Positions 1 to 14,124 of a stretch of DNA of 64,000 nt are shown piece after piece. The notes beneath the pieces were generated by a model. The model was not told the DNA's origin, made no database searches, and saw only the letters and a list, made by a program, of their open reading frames with translations. The stretch's first letter is position 1, and every line of letters starts with the position of its first letter. A program made the translations under genes and the position numbers. Source of the stretch: Botryllus schlosseri (lineage: Eukaryota); assembly GCA_051294905.1 (NCBI GenBank), contig CM119373.1:4156001-4220000 (forward strand). The letters are read 5' to 3'.

Positions 1-648
1 CTAAGTCTTCATGAGTTGTCATCTCAGCAACTTCTTGATCAAGTTCCTTCATATCTATAAGCGTCAATTCAAATGCCTTTTTCATCGAACTAGCGTTGTC
101 GCTTATAATGCGCCTCACTTTGCCGTCGATTTGGTATCTCATGACCACATCTTCATATCTGTTGGCTATGTTGACGGCGGTGTGTCTTTCGGCAAAATGT
201 TCGCAGCACAAAAGACGAGACCTTAACTCAAAGTCGTTGTCAACGAAGTGTGCCGTAAATCCGATGAAAGAATGCATTTGGCGGTTGGTCCAAATATCAA
301 CGGTGACGTACACACTAGTTAAATCTTTCATTTCAGCTGTGATGCTGTTGACGATGAGCTTTTCACTAGAGGGAAGGTGGGTCTCTTTGATCGTTTGCCG
401 ATGAGGAATTGCATAATTATCATTGAGTTCCTCGATAAGCCCGCGAAAGCTTGGTTTGTCAACAATTGAGAGTGGTAGTGATGCACAAGCCATGCTCTTA
501 AGTATAAGCCTAGTTATTTGCCTCTGCTTCGGATGCTGCTTGGAATACTTCCTTTTATGGTCACTACAAAGATGTTCAGTTATCATCGGCTGAGACTTTC
601 CTGTTTTTGTCACAACAACGACTAACTGTCCGGTGTAAGGCGGATTGG
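1..648 (-). pseudogene. hAT (Ac/ZBED-like) transposase, open frame running off the window start
   Basis: Manual minus-strand translation gives ...LPLSIVDKPSFRGLIEELNDNYAIPHRQTI...VYVTVDIWTNRQMHSFIGFTAHFVD...HTAVNIA...IISDNASSMKKAF, the first two catalytic-Asp motifs of hAT transposases. An in-frame TGA lies near 649 upstream. Not in the ORF track because no stop occurs inside the window. Confidence 0.85.
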
Positions 649-944
649 GTCAGGTTTTCATTGCGCAAGAGGTATATTCTTGTTAACTTGCTACGAAATG
701 TCGAAGACAAAGCGGCGTTTTCAGGACAACAATAAATTAGATTAGAATTAACATTAGAGCATAGCGGCGTTTCACAAATTAGATTAGATTTAGAATTAGA
801 GAATAGAAACATTTCACAAACTAGATTAGAATTAGAATTAGAGCAAAGCAACATTTCACAAATTAGATTAGAATTAGATTACTGGCATTTCGCTCTAATT
901 TAGTGTAATTAGACAACTAGAATTTTCTAGTTGTCCAAGTCTTA
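1..944 (-). mobile_element. End of the hAT element, with subterminal ATTAG/AATTAG repeats
   Basis: Repeated ATTAGATTAGAATTA blocks at ~735-880, then CTAGTTGTCCAAGTCTTA ending at 944 (TAAGACTTGGAC... on minus), a plausible hAT terminus. The other end is outside the window. Confidence 0.55.
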
Positions 945-2868
945 TCTCAACGAAGAACTTCATTCATATTCCCTTCCATCGCTATAATCTCGGAAATACA
1001 ATTCGACGGTTCGAGTGTGCAACGGTAAACAACATCCGATGACATATGACATCACAATGACTCCACGCCCAAGTGCTCACGAACCTGGCAAAGCTTGGCA
1101 GAAGAGACGTCACGGTGAAGCCGCGTGATAATCATGCGCAATTTGATTGGTTAATAACGCTGACACCAATCTGCCCGGCCGACCGATGGAAAGGAGACTA
1201 ATCGATCTTTTGAAATCGAGAGCGATCAGTTTTTGTACATCGAAGGTGCCGCCTCACTGTAGTGTCAAAACGGTTGCGTTCACTTCTCTGCTGCACTGTC
1301 TTCGCCTGGTTCGGCATTGAATATTCACACTTTTGTTGACTGGGTTGGCGCTATCGATGAATTTGTAACGCCTTTCAGACCAATACTGCAGTCGGAGATA
1401 CACCAATGGACGCTGGGTCACGCATGGAAACTGCGATGTGAGTATAGAATAGGTCGTATTTGATGCAAGATTTTCTGAATATAACAGTGACTTGCGTTTG
1501 CATACCTCGAATTCATGGCAGTTATGGAATCATCTATTTGTCACATGCACACTGGTTCCCTTCTTGAAAGGCATGTCTGCAACATTCTAACCTGATGTTC
1601 TGACTTAAAAACTTAGAAAGAATGTGTCATCGATTACACTGCTTTACATCCAAAAGCGTCCGGTTTGGATTTTGGTAATTGATCAAGGCGGAGAATGATT
1701 CTAGATATTTGTAATCCGATAATATGAAGGAGCTATTTCCTACGAAACACTGCGGTAACTAGGCATACGGTATCGCTACTTATCGGACGACATTCACACA
1801 TGAATATTTATGTGCGAATATTTTTTACCAGCGCCAACCCATTTCAATTGCAGTTGTTTTCCCCTACCTTGATATAGGCTACATGCTTGGACGTCTTCCA
1901 CTGAGCGCTAGTATCGCCCGCCAACTTACCGTAACAAAACAGCCGTAGCATATAGAAGGAGTGGAATGGTACCGCTCGTGAATTTTTTTTAGCGGCTTCA
2001 CTACGTTGACTTCCTGAAAAAAAAAATGATTGCTGCCAAAACCGTACTGCGCCTTCAACAACATTGTCGTCAAAATGTCCTAGTCGAAGATTTGGGTTGC
2101 GAAGACGACATTCACCCCTCCCTGGCTACGCCAATGTTCAACGATCTGATATATTTTTTCCAGGACGAATCATCTCCTCAAAGTATCATGAGTGACTTGA
2201 CCAAACTAGCGGACAGAGAAAATGCTCGAGCTTCGCAATCAGGTTATATTTCATTCCACTGATATTCTGTTCCGAGGCCCATGTTATAACAGTGATTCAT
2301 ATAGTACAGCGGTTCTCAAGTTTTGGCCCAGCGTTCCCTTTCGGATATTTCTATGGTATGGCACTCCTCATATTATATATACTGTCCTTAAGAGATGAGG
2401 TAGAGGTCCTAGTCGGGTCGAGTTATTCGGGTTTGGAAATATTTCGCGGTTGAATCGGGCCCAATTACTAGTCAACTAATTACCAATCTAATACTTTTAT
2501 GCACTATTTTTGGGATCAAATCAAGGTTCTTGTAACATTTTTGGGATCAAATCAAGGTTCTTGTAACAAATGTTGGGCCCGGGCTCATACCTATCGGGTT
2601 TGAGCCCAATGTATATACCCTTATTCGGTTACGTTGTATTTTGTAGCTCTCGAAAACCAGGATATTTAGTTGATCATTTCGGCCAGAAACCTTCAAATCG
2701 TGTCTAACTGTCTATTGTACAAATGACTCTCACTCTCAAAAGTGGTATAGTACAACGTCTCCAGATTTCGAGACGCTGTGTGCTGCAATGTATAATACCT
2801 AGTTCAAAACATGTTGTCGGGAAAACCTCTATAGTGTGATCGAACTGTTTTAAGGGACACATAGTAAC

Positions 2869-3864
2869 TAGGGATGGTGTGAACCTCTGAAAGGTTCAGG
2901 TTCGTGTGAACGCGAACCTTTTTGAAAGGTTCTGTGTGAACGCGAACGTGAACCTCGTGACGTCACGTGACGTCATATAGCTAATTCCAACCCTAGCTTT
3001 CAATGAAGTGATAGCCTATTTGTACACGATACCTAGCGACGACTCGGGCCACATAATGCCAAAATGCTGAAGTACATTTTGGCGTTTTTTACGTCGCTAA
3101 ATGTATCAACTGAGGCAATCAAATGATATAATACTCCCATAAAATCAACATCATCCTTCGCTTTGCCAATAATTTCGAAGAGGAGTTGCCAGGGAATATA
3201 AGCTTACGCCTTAACGGTCTTGACCAGACCGGGCAATGTATTCGGTGTATGAGTATTGCTACATTGATATTGGGCAGAGTGTAAATCAGGTTTTTATACT
3301 TGCTACCGATATTAGGCTACCCCAAAAGTTATACAGCTGTAGCCAACACCTCAATCGCACGGATTTGGTTTTAATGATACAGTAAACATATGAAGTGAAG
3401 ATAGACCCCGTACGCTAGCTATATTTGTTACATCAAAAAACGATATTAATCTCATTGATTGGTTGAATAAGCATCATTCGCTCTCTACATGTTATGTATG
3501 TCGCTCGTGATGTTGTGTGATTGCGGGTTAGCTCACATCAGAGAGTCACTAATAAATATTCACAAACGGAAAGTTGGATATTTCGAGCAAAATTTTTGTA
3601 ACAAAGCAAGTAAAATCTTTGAGATTGTCAAGGTGCATGCTCGTTTCAAGTTTTTTTTTATGCTGCCGGCGTCATTCATAGAGTGGCACGCAGTTGAAAT
3701 GCAATAACTTCGAACCAAAGATGTCAATATGAAGTGAAAATTGTAATATATGAAAAGGTTCACAGTGCAGAACCTACCAAGGTTCTGTTGTGAATGCGAA
3801 CCTCTAAATTCCCGAGGTTCACACACAGAACGCGAACGTGAACCTCGCGTTCACACCATCCCTA
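2869..3864. mobile_element. hAT-type MITE nested in the 2307-4548 element
   Basis: TIR TAGGGATGGTGTGAAC / GTTCACACCATCCCTA; perfect 8-bp TSD ATAGTAAC; subterminal GTGAAC/GAACC repeats. Confidence 0.85.
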
Positions 3865-3900
3865 ATAGTAACCACTGCATTCGCAGAAAACACTAGATAC

Positions 3901-4315
3901 CAGAGATGAGCAGATTTGAAATTTCTATGTCCTAATCCAATCCAAATCCGAACCTTCAAATCCAAATCCTAATCCATACCTTTTTCATATTCAAGTCCAT
4001 GTCCAATCCTAATCCGATTGCAACTGGAAATTCAGAAAAAATACTAATTTGAGAAATGGAGGGATTCGAAAATTTTCTTTCACAACCAACGATTCATTTC
4101 ATTCAAGATAACTTAGTAACCATAATTACATTAATAACTGATCTAACTTGTCGCCATTCGCCACACGACATTTCAATCTCCCAGAAAATAGGCAAATCCA
4201 ATCCAAATCCTAATCCGTTCTGAAAAAAATGTCTAATCCAAATCCAATCCAAATCCGACAAAATTTCGCAAATCCTGTTTTTTCAAAACCTAATCCTAAT
4301 CCATGCTCATCTCTG
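3901..4315. mobile_element. MITE with AATCC subterminal repeats
   Basis: TIR CAGAGATGAGCA / TGCTCATCTCTG; TSD degenerate. Confidence 0.65.
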
Positions 4316-6727
4316 CTACATCGTCGGTATGTTTCGCGCAAGGCCTTTCGATTATTGATGAAATGTCTTAGGAATGAATGAATGAATTAATTCATTTTGC
4401 AACGAGATCTCACACTATAGAACTCGGTAACCCTATAACAACTACTACACCACCTGCACTATTTCGCAATTTTTCTTCGGCGCCCCCGTAACGTCCCAGT
4501 GTCCCCTCATCACCCAGAGAGCGCTGTCGAAATGGTCAAGAACCACTGATATAGTGCATCCTCATGAAAAATTCCCGAAGCTAATGCAATTCCCTATTCG
4601 CGCGCTTGTACTGTGAAAGTATGTACCTATCAATTCTCGCCTCGCTCACCACTTGTCATAAACACTGTGGCTTTGTAGTAATGTAGGCTATCATGTATAT
4701 ATTGTGAAAGATATATTCTTACAGTAATTTATTTTCATGTGTGTTATTCTGTGCTCACTGATTTCAATCTGTGCTGCAAGATTAAAATTTTGATTTTGGT
4801 ACCGTCGACAGCATCCTATAGCGATTCTGCCGTGACTGAATCGATTGCGGGTACAGCTCCAACACGTGCTGCTGACGCGAAAGTCGGTAAGTTGGCTGCA
4901 TGCAGTAATTTCCTTATTTATATATACTACTACACAGGTGGTATAATAATATATTTACCAACAAATTCGTGGTAATATGCAGAGGTATAATCAGTATGTG
5001 GTCGGGAAAGCAATTCATTTGTGAAAAAAATCTTCACATAATTCAAGAGAAAAGGGACAGTAGGCCTCCACTTATGATATAGACATCAGTATAGTTACAG
5101 TGTTTCTTGACCGTTATAGCGCGCGCACCCTCTGAGATTTCAATAATATATCTCGCAACTAGCACTTTGTCAGGCTGCAACCAAGCGCGGATCATGAATC
5201 TTTTGTTACGGACTATTTATTCACCATCCGTTATACACCTATTCACAAACAAACTGACTCTTTCGGTATCGAATGAAGCCATGGATAAAGCAATTCACAA
5301 ACGCAATAATTAATTGTCTATTTATTTTCATCTACCTACCCTGCATTTGGTGTCTTACCTGCGTGGATTTATTCTAAGGTTAATTAAAGAATTTTGCCAA
5401 TCATATTGGTACTTGCATATACATTACTATTAGTTTTTTGTATCCTCTTTCAGCACACGTGATCAGATTTACCGGTTGAGCAGGCGGAGGTGGTAATTAG
5501 CACGATTTGTTTTACATAAAAAATGGAAGATTTTGACCTGAAAATTAAAATTTTGATAATATTTTATTTTAATAAGCTTGATTTTGACAAAATTTTGACG
5601 TCATGGATGTAAATTATGTGTTTTCGCCCATAAAGGTAAATTGTGCTACTTTTCTCCCTTTCCGGTTGGAACCGTCGGTTCTTAAGAAGTGGTTTGATCT
5701 GAAAAAAAATTGACTTAGAAACCGGCAAATTTTTGCATGAAAACCTTTATTCTAACGAAATCCGGACCTATGAAGAATTCCAGTATAGTCACATCACGCA
5801 TTACGGTCAACACGAGTGTGCACACGTCAACACGTGGGCGATATCGCTCCCCAGGGGTGATTTGGCGGTCTAGGGGGGCGAAAATGACGAAGGGGGCGAC
5901 AGGGGGGCGAAAATGGACAAAGGGGGCGACGGGGGGCGAAAATAGCGAAGGGGCGATAGGGGGGCGATGACGCGTTAAAACGGCTGACCTTTCTTTTTAG
6001 TCAACCCGCCGGTGATTACAGTTTGTATGCCCAATTTTCGGTACACAAAATTTGGGGGGCGATGATCGGTGTTGGCCTTGAAAAGGGGGAGATGGGTCGA
6101 AAAAGGTTGGGAACCACTGGTCAACACCAATGTTCCCTCTAATTTTTGACGAGTCTGCGCACACTCACCAACTCACTGCGTAGACCAGTGGTTCCCAACC
6201 TTTTTTCACCCACGTACCATTTCGAGGTTTTATGCCCTTATTGTCATATCAGAAAATGCAGCCAGAATGCTAGCAATCCCAACTAATAATTTGATAGCAT
6301 GGAAGGATATGACAGTTGATAAGAGAATTCTCAAATATGCACGCAGAGAAAATACAATGAGTTGGAGATAAATCGCGCGAAACGCGAAAAAAAAATTCAG
6401 TTTGCCGCAACTTAGCACCCCCCAATTTGGAGAATTATTGCACTAGCTGGTCGATGGGTGGCATGTGTTTGCTCACAGCGCATCGAAAGTCATGCATGAG
6501 CGCAACAAGTCGGTTTTGTTTCTTCAACTTGATAGTCATCAGACATCAAAATCCTTGCTTGCACTCCCACGTAGAAGGGACAATTTGCAGCTGGGGAATA
6601 GCGTGAGAAGTTAGAGTCTAGTATGAGGAGGCCATGCTAAGCCAGAAGTTTATTGGTGGACGATCTTTGTGTTCAACCCCACCTTAACTAATAACACCCT
6701 TCGGTCGAAGAAATAACAGAATCTACT

Positions 6728-6801
6728 CGCGTACCACCTGGAAGACCTTCGCGTACCACCTGGAAGACCTTCGCGTACCACCTGGAAGACCTTCGCGTAC
6801 C
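6728..6801 (+). repeat. 22-bp tandem repeat (CGCGTACCACCTGGAAGACCTT) x~3.4, inside a hAT MITE starting ~6186
   Basis: Directly visible exact copies. Confidence 0.9.
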
Positions 6802-6803
6802 AC

Positions 6804-7107
6804 TAGTGGGTAGGTGGGTCGTGGGTTTGATCCCCGGCCGGGTCAGACCAAAGACCTGATTAGAAACACTGGTATCCATGACTTCCCTGCTTGGCGCTCA
6901 TGTATTACTGGGATAGCATGGAAGGGTTGTGCAAGACTTAGAAAGCCATACAAGGCTTTATCTGCACCTTCCTTGTCCAGCAGCATATGCACATCATGCA
7001 CTCATGGTATGCATATGCACAGATCGTGTTTATCGTGAGTCGGTGTATATGCCGCAAAAACATCAAGGACAAAAATAAACTACGTCCTCTCCTCCTTTCC
7101 TCCTTTC
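6804..7107 (+). mobile_element. tRNA-derived SINE (core resembles V-SINE)
   Basis: B-box-like GGTTTGATCCC followed by GGTCAGACCAAAGAC...CTTCCCTGCTTGGCGCTCA, and a simple-repeat tail (CTCCTTTC)n. Family recognised from memory. Confidence 0.55.
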
Positions 7108-7505
7108 AGCTGGTTACAGTTTAATCATTTTTCTTACATATTCGGTGGTATATACCTTAAAACGTATTTTATTATTGTGAAGTTCTTTGGTCATTTAAAC
7201 GTATTTCGTAAATGGGTTTTGGGTACATTTAATACAAGTTAATACACTCTTATAGTGTATAACAGATGAAATCCATATTGTGTTACGAAAGCATCTGTCT
7301 GTTTCTTCACAGCGACCAGTGCTCACTGCTCAGTGACGGGGTTAATGAATTGACAGTAAAGTATCATGCGTAATATAGTTCCTGCTTCAATCGTGCCCAA
7401 TGACACTGGACATTTCAAACGCAAATTTGTAATATTACGATCTCCGATATATCTGTTCCATGCTCATATTATCATTAGTATAGCTACAAAATTTTCTGCA
7501 TTCAG

Positions 7506-7628
7506 ACAAAGACGAATGTGACAACGGTACGGATACATGCGACAAGAATGCCACTTGTCACAACACTCCCGGGTCATTCAATTGCACCTGTGATACTGGA
7601 TACACCGGAAACGGAACTGCCTGTTTTG
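7506..7628 (+). CDS. Host exon: calcium-binding EGF-like domain 1
   Basis: AG/GT-bounded 123-nt phase 1-1 exon: (D)[40 protein letters not shown], a six-Cys EGF_CA pattern. Confidence 0.9.
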
Positions 7629-7708
7629 GTTAGTAGTCTTACGAAAACGGCACGGACTTGATATTCCCGTAAACTACTGCAATATCTCTCCCTCTCTCTC
7701 TCTCTCAG

Positions 7709-7831
7709 ATATTAGCGAATGCGATACAGGACTACATGATTGTGATGCGAATGCTCTCTGTCATAACACCGATGGGTCTTACAAGTGTACCTGCAAGTTC
7801 GGCTTCACCGGGAATGGGAGAAACTGCACAT
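7709..7831 (+). CDS. Host exon: calcium-binding EGF-like domain 2
   Basis: (CT)n tract then AG; 123-nt phase 1-1 exon [43 protein letters not shown] donor at 7832. Confidence 0.9.
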
Positions 7832-8763
7832 GTTCGTTTGTATTTTTTTTTTTCAGTTTGATAGCTTTGAAGAGGCACTGCACTCTAAATATGACGTGGT
7901 CAATTTAAAGTTGAAAGCGAGAAAACATTATTGGCACCAATCACTTTCATCAGAAATTTATCGCATTTAAACTCCATCGAAAATGTTGCACGAGTGTTTC
8001 AAATGAGCTCTAGCAATCTCTATGGTGTATCGGGATCAGTCGCCATCAGGCATCGTCAGTCAACCCTTCGAGAAATCTCTGACACGTATCTGTTCAGTGT
8101 TGCGGTTTGTTGGCGCCAATTACGCCTCCGTTCCATGTCTTTGTGCATTGCACAGACGTCCTTCGCAACTTGCAACCAATTAATTGTAGGATTAAGGGTG
8201 CAGCTGCCGAGTTCCCACGGCCGCCCACAACCTCTGATCCGTTGACCACCGGTTATACGTCATATAAACCAGTTGTAGGGTGCGCCGCGGTTCGAACCCG
8301 GAGTTGCATATTGCGAGAGGACATATAACTCTTACCTTTAAATGTTCATATCGTCAAATTACAACTATATGCCGTTTCACGGAATGCCGTACAAGCCCAC
8401 ATATTCCCGCATATCAGATATGGATGCAATCGACAAACCATTCTGCAGCAAAAAAGTAGTAGTATTCAATTTCATTCACGCATGTAGGAAGAATCATGTA
8501 TGAACTTTGTAGTTACGGTATATGACCAGCGCTCATTGTTAGGAAAACGATGCATGTCCGCGGCACCAAGTGTTCATCGTTTGGGTTATATTCTTTAGCA
8601 AAACATGCTTCTACTATGGGACCTAATCATCTCGATCAAAGGCAGGGACCAACGATACCTGATTCAAGAATTGGTGTTGATGAAAATATTGATGTTGAAT
8701 GTGTTTGGTAGGATCATGTCGTGTAATTGGGACATTGCCCGCGCAGTAACACATACTGTAATA

Positions 8764-10221
8764 CAGAGGTCTCAAACTCAAATGTGCTAGCGGGCCAATT
8801 TCCTAGTTTTTGATGACGTCGCGGGCGCAGCATCAATAAAAGGGTTATCCAATGTATAATTTCCAGGTAGGCCGGGACTTTGTAGACTGGTGTTCCACAC
8901 ACATCGTGGAAATGTAATTTACTATTTTACTTTTCACGCTTGACACAGAAAAACTCACATTTTCAAATATTTGAATAAAATTGTGTGCCGGGTATATTTT
9001 TTTAATTAATGAGTTATAGACATCGTGCGAGAGGATGCATCATGACATCGTAAAACTGTCGGGTTACAATATTGCAGCTAGGGAACCATTGACATGAAAC
9101 AATTTTTGTAAATCTACTGAAGATTGATCTTCATCAGAGCATTTGAGCGGTGTAACCTAATCCTGGTTTTAATATAGTCGTGTTGTTACTTCCATTGCCA
9201 AAGTCAAATTGAATCAGCGTTGGATTATTCCTTCCATTATTATTGGAACATATCAATAACAACTTAAATATAATCATTATTGAGTCAAAGTAATAGCATT
9301 GCTTCTTAACCTTTTTAGCGATCGTACCCTTAGGATTTCTCGTAACCCTGTCTATTTTCAACACAATTTCTGATAGTACCTATATTAAAATCAGAAAGCC
9401 CATTCACATAAAATCGCGCGGAGCGCGTAGCGTAGACTATTTTCGAGTTGAATCAATTGACCAAGAAAATATTCTACAGCATGATGTGGTGATTCGTACC
9501 CCGATGAGGTCTACGCACACTGGTAAGAACCCCTGGAATAGAAATGTCCAATCGGCGAAGAATTCATTGGTATTACAGCTGTAGAGTGTGCTATTACCTT
9601 ACTTGCCACCGATAACAACATGGATAAAGAGAACAAACAACACCCAGCGTGTAATCAACTATACGTCACGGGGTCTAGAGAATACCAATAGTCGCCATAC
9701 TGACCTGATTAGATAGCTAAATACACTACGCAACGCAAGCTACGACCTTTTGATGTATTACTGTTCCCCATGGCAGATTCATAGATTGTTGCGTCCGTAG
9801 GATTACGAAGTCACCGTTCCGAGTCGCAAGTCCTCTGATTGTAACGTTTGACCCGACTCAACTCGAGTCATTTTTATTTATTCAACCAGTTAATCCGAAA
9901 TCGAAAAATTTTACGAGAGGGTCGCACCAAACCAAATCACAATTTTCAGTCACGAATCATCAACGGGTTATGTTTTATCATAATGAACTAGAAATGTGAC
10001 GTAATAGCTGATTTTCTACCGCATGGTAGCTTTTAAAAGTGATGTGATAGTGAAGTTTATTGTGATTTCAGTGAATTTTATAGTAGTTTTAGCGTGAACG
10101 TCAAGTTCCTACATCTAAGAAAGATTTATGGCACTTGAATATATTTTGAATCCTTGAAATTCCAAAATGCCGTCGCGGGCCGCACAAAATGTTCTCGCGG
10201 GTCGCGTGTTTGAGACCTCTG
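8764..10221. mobile_element. Non-autonomous hAT (Charlie-like) element, copy 1
   Basis: TIR CAGAGGTCTCAAAC / GTTTGAGACCTCTG; colinear with 41541-42702; TSD matches at 6 of 8 bases. Confidence 0.8.
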
Positions 10222-11418
10222 CTATATTAAGTTTCACGCAAACTGCCGTTTGTTCGTCATAATGAATCAGTTCTGCTGCGTATTGGGCACATGTCACGAT
10301 TACAATGCAGTACGTGAATCCTGGTCATTTCATACGCAGAAAATGCTTAACTTTGTATACGGAAACAACTATCCACTATATGACTATATGCTGCTTTGTA
10401 CTAATATAAAATTGCGACTCGTGCCATTTGCTTCGATTTCAGAATGATTGTTGCAATTTATATATGTGCTTGTGCAACGGTGGAAACCGGTGAAATTGTG
10501 GATTTACAGATTTCAACCATGGCGTGGAGTGGGTGTAAATTGGGTTTGTGGTACTTTTTGTTACAGCATGAAACACTCACGACAATACCCATATCGAAAA
10601 CATCTCGGGGTGCGGAGCAATTCAGAGACGTATTTTAGTTGTAAGTCGGTCTCCGGACATAAACCCGTTGGTTTAAATTAGCGCTTGCCAAACATTTTGC
10701 TTGCTTGCACTATTTCGAGCATTCTCACTGATCTCATATACCACCTCGCTATATCGACCGGAACAGAGGCTGGTAGTTCGAAAGTGCTGAGAGCCACTAT
10801 TTTAGCTTGATCACACGTTAATAGTACCGAGATCACTTAGGCACAAATTATATGACGCGAAGACAAGATTTGATATGCTGATGTGGTAATATGGAATATT
10901 TTGAAATCATGACAAGACTTCATAATTTTATCAATTTTTCACGGATATATTTGTTCATAAAAGTTCGTCCAGTTGTTAAAAAAGGAGCTTTGAAAGCATT
11001 GGAGACGATATGAATCTCTCTTGACTCGCGGTTGAACAATGGTGACCGTAGGTGCACGTCTGACAAATTTCAACCACGAGCCATAGTTGAGCATACGTAG
11101 CGAGCAATCGAACTACGTCGAAGATACTCAGTAACTGGGGCCGCGAAACCCAACGGTACTTGAATGCCAGGAAATTAGAAATCGTGATCTAAATATTATT
11201 TCAATTCGTGAAGGTTCAATGAAGTTACTTGTGTACCACTGAGATGTTCCTCCGCACCACTAGTGGTACGCGTATCACAGTTTTAGAACCACTGCCTTAA
11301 ATGAACCAAATATACTCTTATTCCTATGATTAGGTGAGTTCTATGTGGAGAAGGATGTATAGGTGGTATTTGTAAACAGAATCCACGCATCCGATGTATG
11401 TGGCCTATCGGGTCCACG

Positions 11419-11695
11419 GACATATGAGCATGCGACAATACAGCATGCAACACTTCGTCATGCCACACTTGGGCATGCAGCACGTGAGCAATTGCGGGTT
11501 AGGGGTTAGTTAGGGTTGGATTTAGGTTTGAGTTAGGGTTAGGCTTGGGGTCAAGCTATATATAGCGGTTAATTTCAGGGTTATGTTTCGGATTAGGGTT
11601 AGTTTTGCGGTTATAAAGTCACATGCTTATGTGACGCATGTTAAAGTGTCCCATGCTCAACTGTCGTTTTGCAATGTGTCGCATGCTCATATGTC
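11419..11695. repeat. Fold-back repeat: inverted arms of ~15-bp subrepeats around a TTAGGG-like core
   Basis: GACATATGAGCATGCGACA (11419) is the reverse complement of TGTCGCATGCTCATATGTC (ending 11695); degenerate GGGTTA tract ~11495-11605. Confidence 0.7.
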
Positions 11696-12032
11696 GGGCA
11701 ACCAGCAAATGGATGGTATGTGGCATGCATGTCCCAGATAGAAGCATAAATTTAAACAGTATTTATTTCCTATAGAGTCGCTGTATTTAGGTTTTTTCGA
11801 AGTTAGAAATTGAAACATTTTTCCGAAACCTGAACGAATTGCGTATTATGCGAAACCAGGAGAATGTGCTCCTACTGGAAGTAGTTTGGAGTCTTTCCGA
11901 AAAAAATCATGAATTGACTCATATTTCACGTCGCCACGTCTTATTCTACTTGCGGAACCTTATTGACTATTTTAGCAGCCTCTGGATATCACATCATCAG
12001 TCTTTGTTCGAAATACATTTGTGTCATTTCAG

Positions 12033-12681
12033 CATGCAACAATTCTGTCTTCATCTTTCCGAAGGAACATCACGAAGACTACGTTCTGTATAAACGTACT
12101 CTGTCGGGTATGGCGTCCTCCACCGTTTGTTTCTGGATAGGATCGGTAGATGGAATCAAGCCGGCAAAAGGATCAATTCTAAGTTACTGCACGCCGGGTG
12201 CGCCGGGTTTGTCCTGCAATACCATCGCAGCTTTTTTGAAGGGAACCAAAATCGAAGCGATTATAAATGGCAAACGCTGTACTTTGATATGACTCGAAGA
12301 ATTATTTATAGGACATACATATGTTTAGTCATGTCCAAGAATGCGGCAAGAATCTACATCAACGGTACCGAGATCGGAAACATACATGATATTCCAGCAG
12401 AAGTTGCTAAAGATGGGGTGCTCATATTTGGGCAAAATCAAGATGGTAAAATCAATGGTGATATTCCTGGGAAACCGGTAGATCCTCAACAGGGTTTTTA
12501 CGGCGAGATCGGTGGGATCCATATCTGGGATAGAGTTCTTAACGCAACTCAGATTAACCGTGCGACGAACGCCATACGGTGTGGCCCTGTAGATGATGCG
12601 TTCGTGATTATCAACCAATCGAATGCATGTGTGAAAGGTAATGTGATGACTGACTTTATAGAAACTTGCTTGAATGTGTAA
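12033..12681 (+). pseudogene. Pentraxin/LamG-like terminal exon with a 1-nt frameshift near 12278
   Basis: Acceptor TTTCAG at 12027-12032, phase 1, compatible with the EGF exon ending 7831. ORF 11963 (CNNSVFIFP...TVCFWI...SILSY) switches to ORF 12127 (YICL...IYING...GVLIFGQNQD...FYGEIGGIHIWDRVL), both pentraxin motifs. Aligns with the intact paralog at 47550. Confidence 0.8.
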
Positions 12682-14124
12682 CCCAATACGCACATCGGTT
12701 CAAATCTGCGTGGAAATACTTGTAGCTGATTCGGGAACCGTCTCGCCGAACACACTTCAAGGAATTTCAGTTGTTAGTGCGATTCTGCTGTTTGTAATGA
12801 TGATTTATATTAGCATACTCAAAAACAGCGGTTCTGAAACTCTTTTAGACACCCTCCTTGATGACAGTGAAAAATCCCCGCATTTTCTTGTGCAACCAGA
12901 ATGTTTGTAATCCCAACAAATAGTTTGATGGCATGTAAGGTTAAGACTGCTGAGAGACTTCTCAAATTTCTCAAATTCGATTGAGTACTTTTGTGTTGCC
13001 ATTAAATGCGCTTCATAAAAGTGAATTACTACGGAATTTACCGAATGTACTTGGAGTGGCTACTTTGAGGTTGTAGCCACTTCGATTTAATCAGGGGTAG
13101 GCAACATTTTTGCCATCCAAGGTCGCATTTCGATTTTTATGTAGCTTACGGACGCATTCCAAGACATAGCCGTAATGAACTAACTGGCCGCCAGATACCC
13201 AACTTCAAGTGTTCATTGCTCATGTCCAATCCCGGGGAAGTCCAGATTAATGTGCTTTATCATATAGGCTTACTATATGCACCGAAATCGCGGGTGGTCG
13301 TCTTATGAATAGCTGGTGGAATACGACATGGTCGCGCAATGCGCGAATTTTTTTTCGGATTAACGAATGAATTTCGTCATTAATATTATTAGATTCACAT
13401 ACTGCTACCAATTATCTATTCTTTCTCAGCACATATGATCAGATTCACTGGTAAAGTTGATGGAGGCAGTGTTTTCGAGGGCAAGGTATAAATTATGATG
13501 CATCTTCGGGTGGACTGATTGTTATTGGTCACTTTGTTGCATGACCTTGTTTCTTGACCTCCCATCAGGATGCCTGTATCGCCCACACGTGCCAGACAAA
13601 TTTCTTTCTTGAGAAGCACACGATTCTAAGTTGATATTTATATATATATTCCATAATTTCCCCTGCTGTTTGCATCTGCACTGTGGGCTCAGATTGGAAA
13701 GGGCGATATCAATTAAGGTCGAGAAACGAAGTATTTGATTGAATGACAGTGAATCGCGCGCAGTGCGAAGAAAATATAAAGATTAGTCAAAATCTTTCAA
13801 ATATTCGAAAGTCAATTCGCAAAGTCCACTTGGCCGTCGACGGCCAACAAAACTTACTCATTAAATTACTTGTCACGGCCGCACAATTTGCCTTCCACGG
13901 TCGCAGGTTGCCCACCCTTGATTTAAATCCTTGCTTTTTAGCTAATAGCAACACCTATCACCAATTATCATAATCCAGAGACATATTCTGATCGGTGCCA
14001 TCAGTCTAAAATAAAAATCTAACGTCAGTGTATGGATAGTGCCACGCACTTATTGCATTTGGAATCGTGATATAATTAGGAATATTACCGTTGTTGAAAA
14101 TTGGCAGTTTCATTACATATTTAA

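Larger units (their letters stand above)
2307..4548. mobile_element. Non-autonomous hAT-type element containing nested MITEs
   Basis: Termini CAGCGGTTCTCAA / TCAAGAACCACTG; flanks ATATAGTA / ATATAGTG (7 of 8 TSD bases match). Confidence 0.6.

Noticed and set aside
11495..11605. True telomere or chromosome-fusion site
   Set aside because: Short, degenerate, and enclosed by the inverted arms of a small repeat element.
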